DNA of 61,106 nucleotides, filler included, from Basidiobolus meristosporus CBS 931.73 (Eukaryota; Fungi; Basidiobolomycota): assembly GCA_002104905.1 (NCBI GenBank). It is 5 parts of 5 records of this genome, joined end to end, with 100 filler letters (N's around TTAATTAATTAA, not from the genome) between each part and the next. Parts side by side here need not be neighbours in the genome. Positions count along the whole stretch, not along the records: positions 56,917 to 61,106 come from MCFE01001364.1; 4 more parts are not named here. One strand, 5' to 3'. A program made the position numbers and the translations under genes. Below the pieces are notes generated by a model that was given only the letters and a program-made list of their open reading frames with translations, was not told the origin of the DNA and searched no databases. Shown one piece after another: positions 60,975 to 61,106 of the stretch (position 1 is the stretch's first letter; every line of letters starts with the position of its first letter).

Positions 60975-61106
60975 ATGAAGTGCTTCTTTTCCGTTTCTGT
61001 TGCTGCTCTCGCTTTGGCCACCTACGCTCAAGCTTTCTCCCCAGCCAGACTCATCTGTCTGGTCAACAAGGAGAGAGCCAATCAGGGACTTCGCCCACTG
61101 GTGCTG
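60975..61106 (+). CDS. Secreted CAP/SCP (PR-1/YkwD-like) protein, runs off the window end
   Basis: Signal peptide MKCFFSVSVAALALATYAQA followed by RLICLVNKERANQGLRPLVL, matching the LVNxERxxxGLxPL CAP-domain start. Confidence 0.8.
   Translation, partial: MKCFFSVSVAALALATYAQAFSPARLICLVNKERANQGLRPLVL

Overview
This is a eukaryotic window, most likely from an early-diverging fungus (inferred from short GT-AG introns, fungal-type genes and TTAGGG motifs). It consists of five contigs joined by artificial 100-bp N44-TTAATTAATTAA-N44 linkers, so adjacency across linkers is unreliable. About three quarters is nested, strongly CpG-depleted transposon DNA: several Ty3/gypsy families (one near-intact chromovirus with both LTRs), Ty1/copia copies, solo LTRs with visible TSDs, decayed CACTA/Tnp2-type transposases and an unclassified repeat. 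Gene islands with normal CpG content (47052-52430, 56917-61106) contain a DUF2408/CUB1-like pseudogene, a PaaI/ACOT13-like thioesterase, an RSL1D1/Utp30-like gene, a tRNA-Thr(CGT) and the start of a secreted CAP/SCP protein. The most interesting region is 38575-44980. It is a polar, head-to-tail chain of six retro-copies, each starting at a short TTAGGG tract and sharing one 3' signal (TGGCTTCTTT...AATAAAGATT-TCACC-loop-GGTGA-C-rich-CCCTAA). The chain has three different bodies: an APE-RT LINE whose ORF1 and ORF2 are separated only by UGA-CUA, an ORF1-only partner, and a non-coding element with a tRNA-like Pol III head. This looks like a telomere-repeat-primed LINE/partner/SINE system. It is followed by an inverted TTAGGG/CCCTAA junction and a 155-bp CpG-rich satellite. 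All alignments and counts were made by eye.
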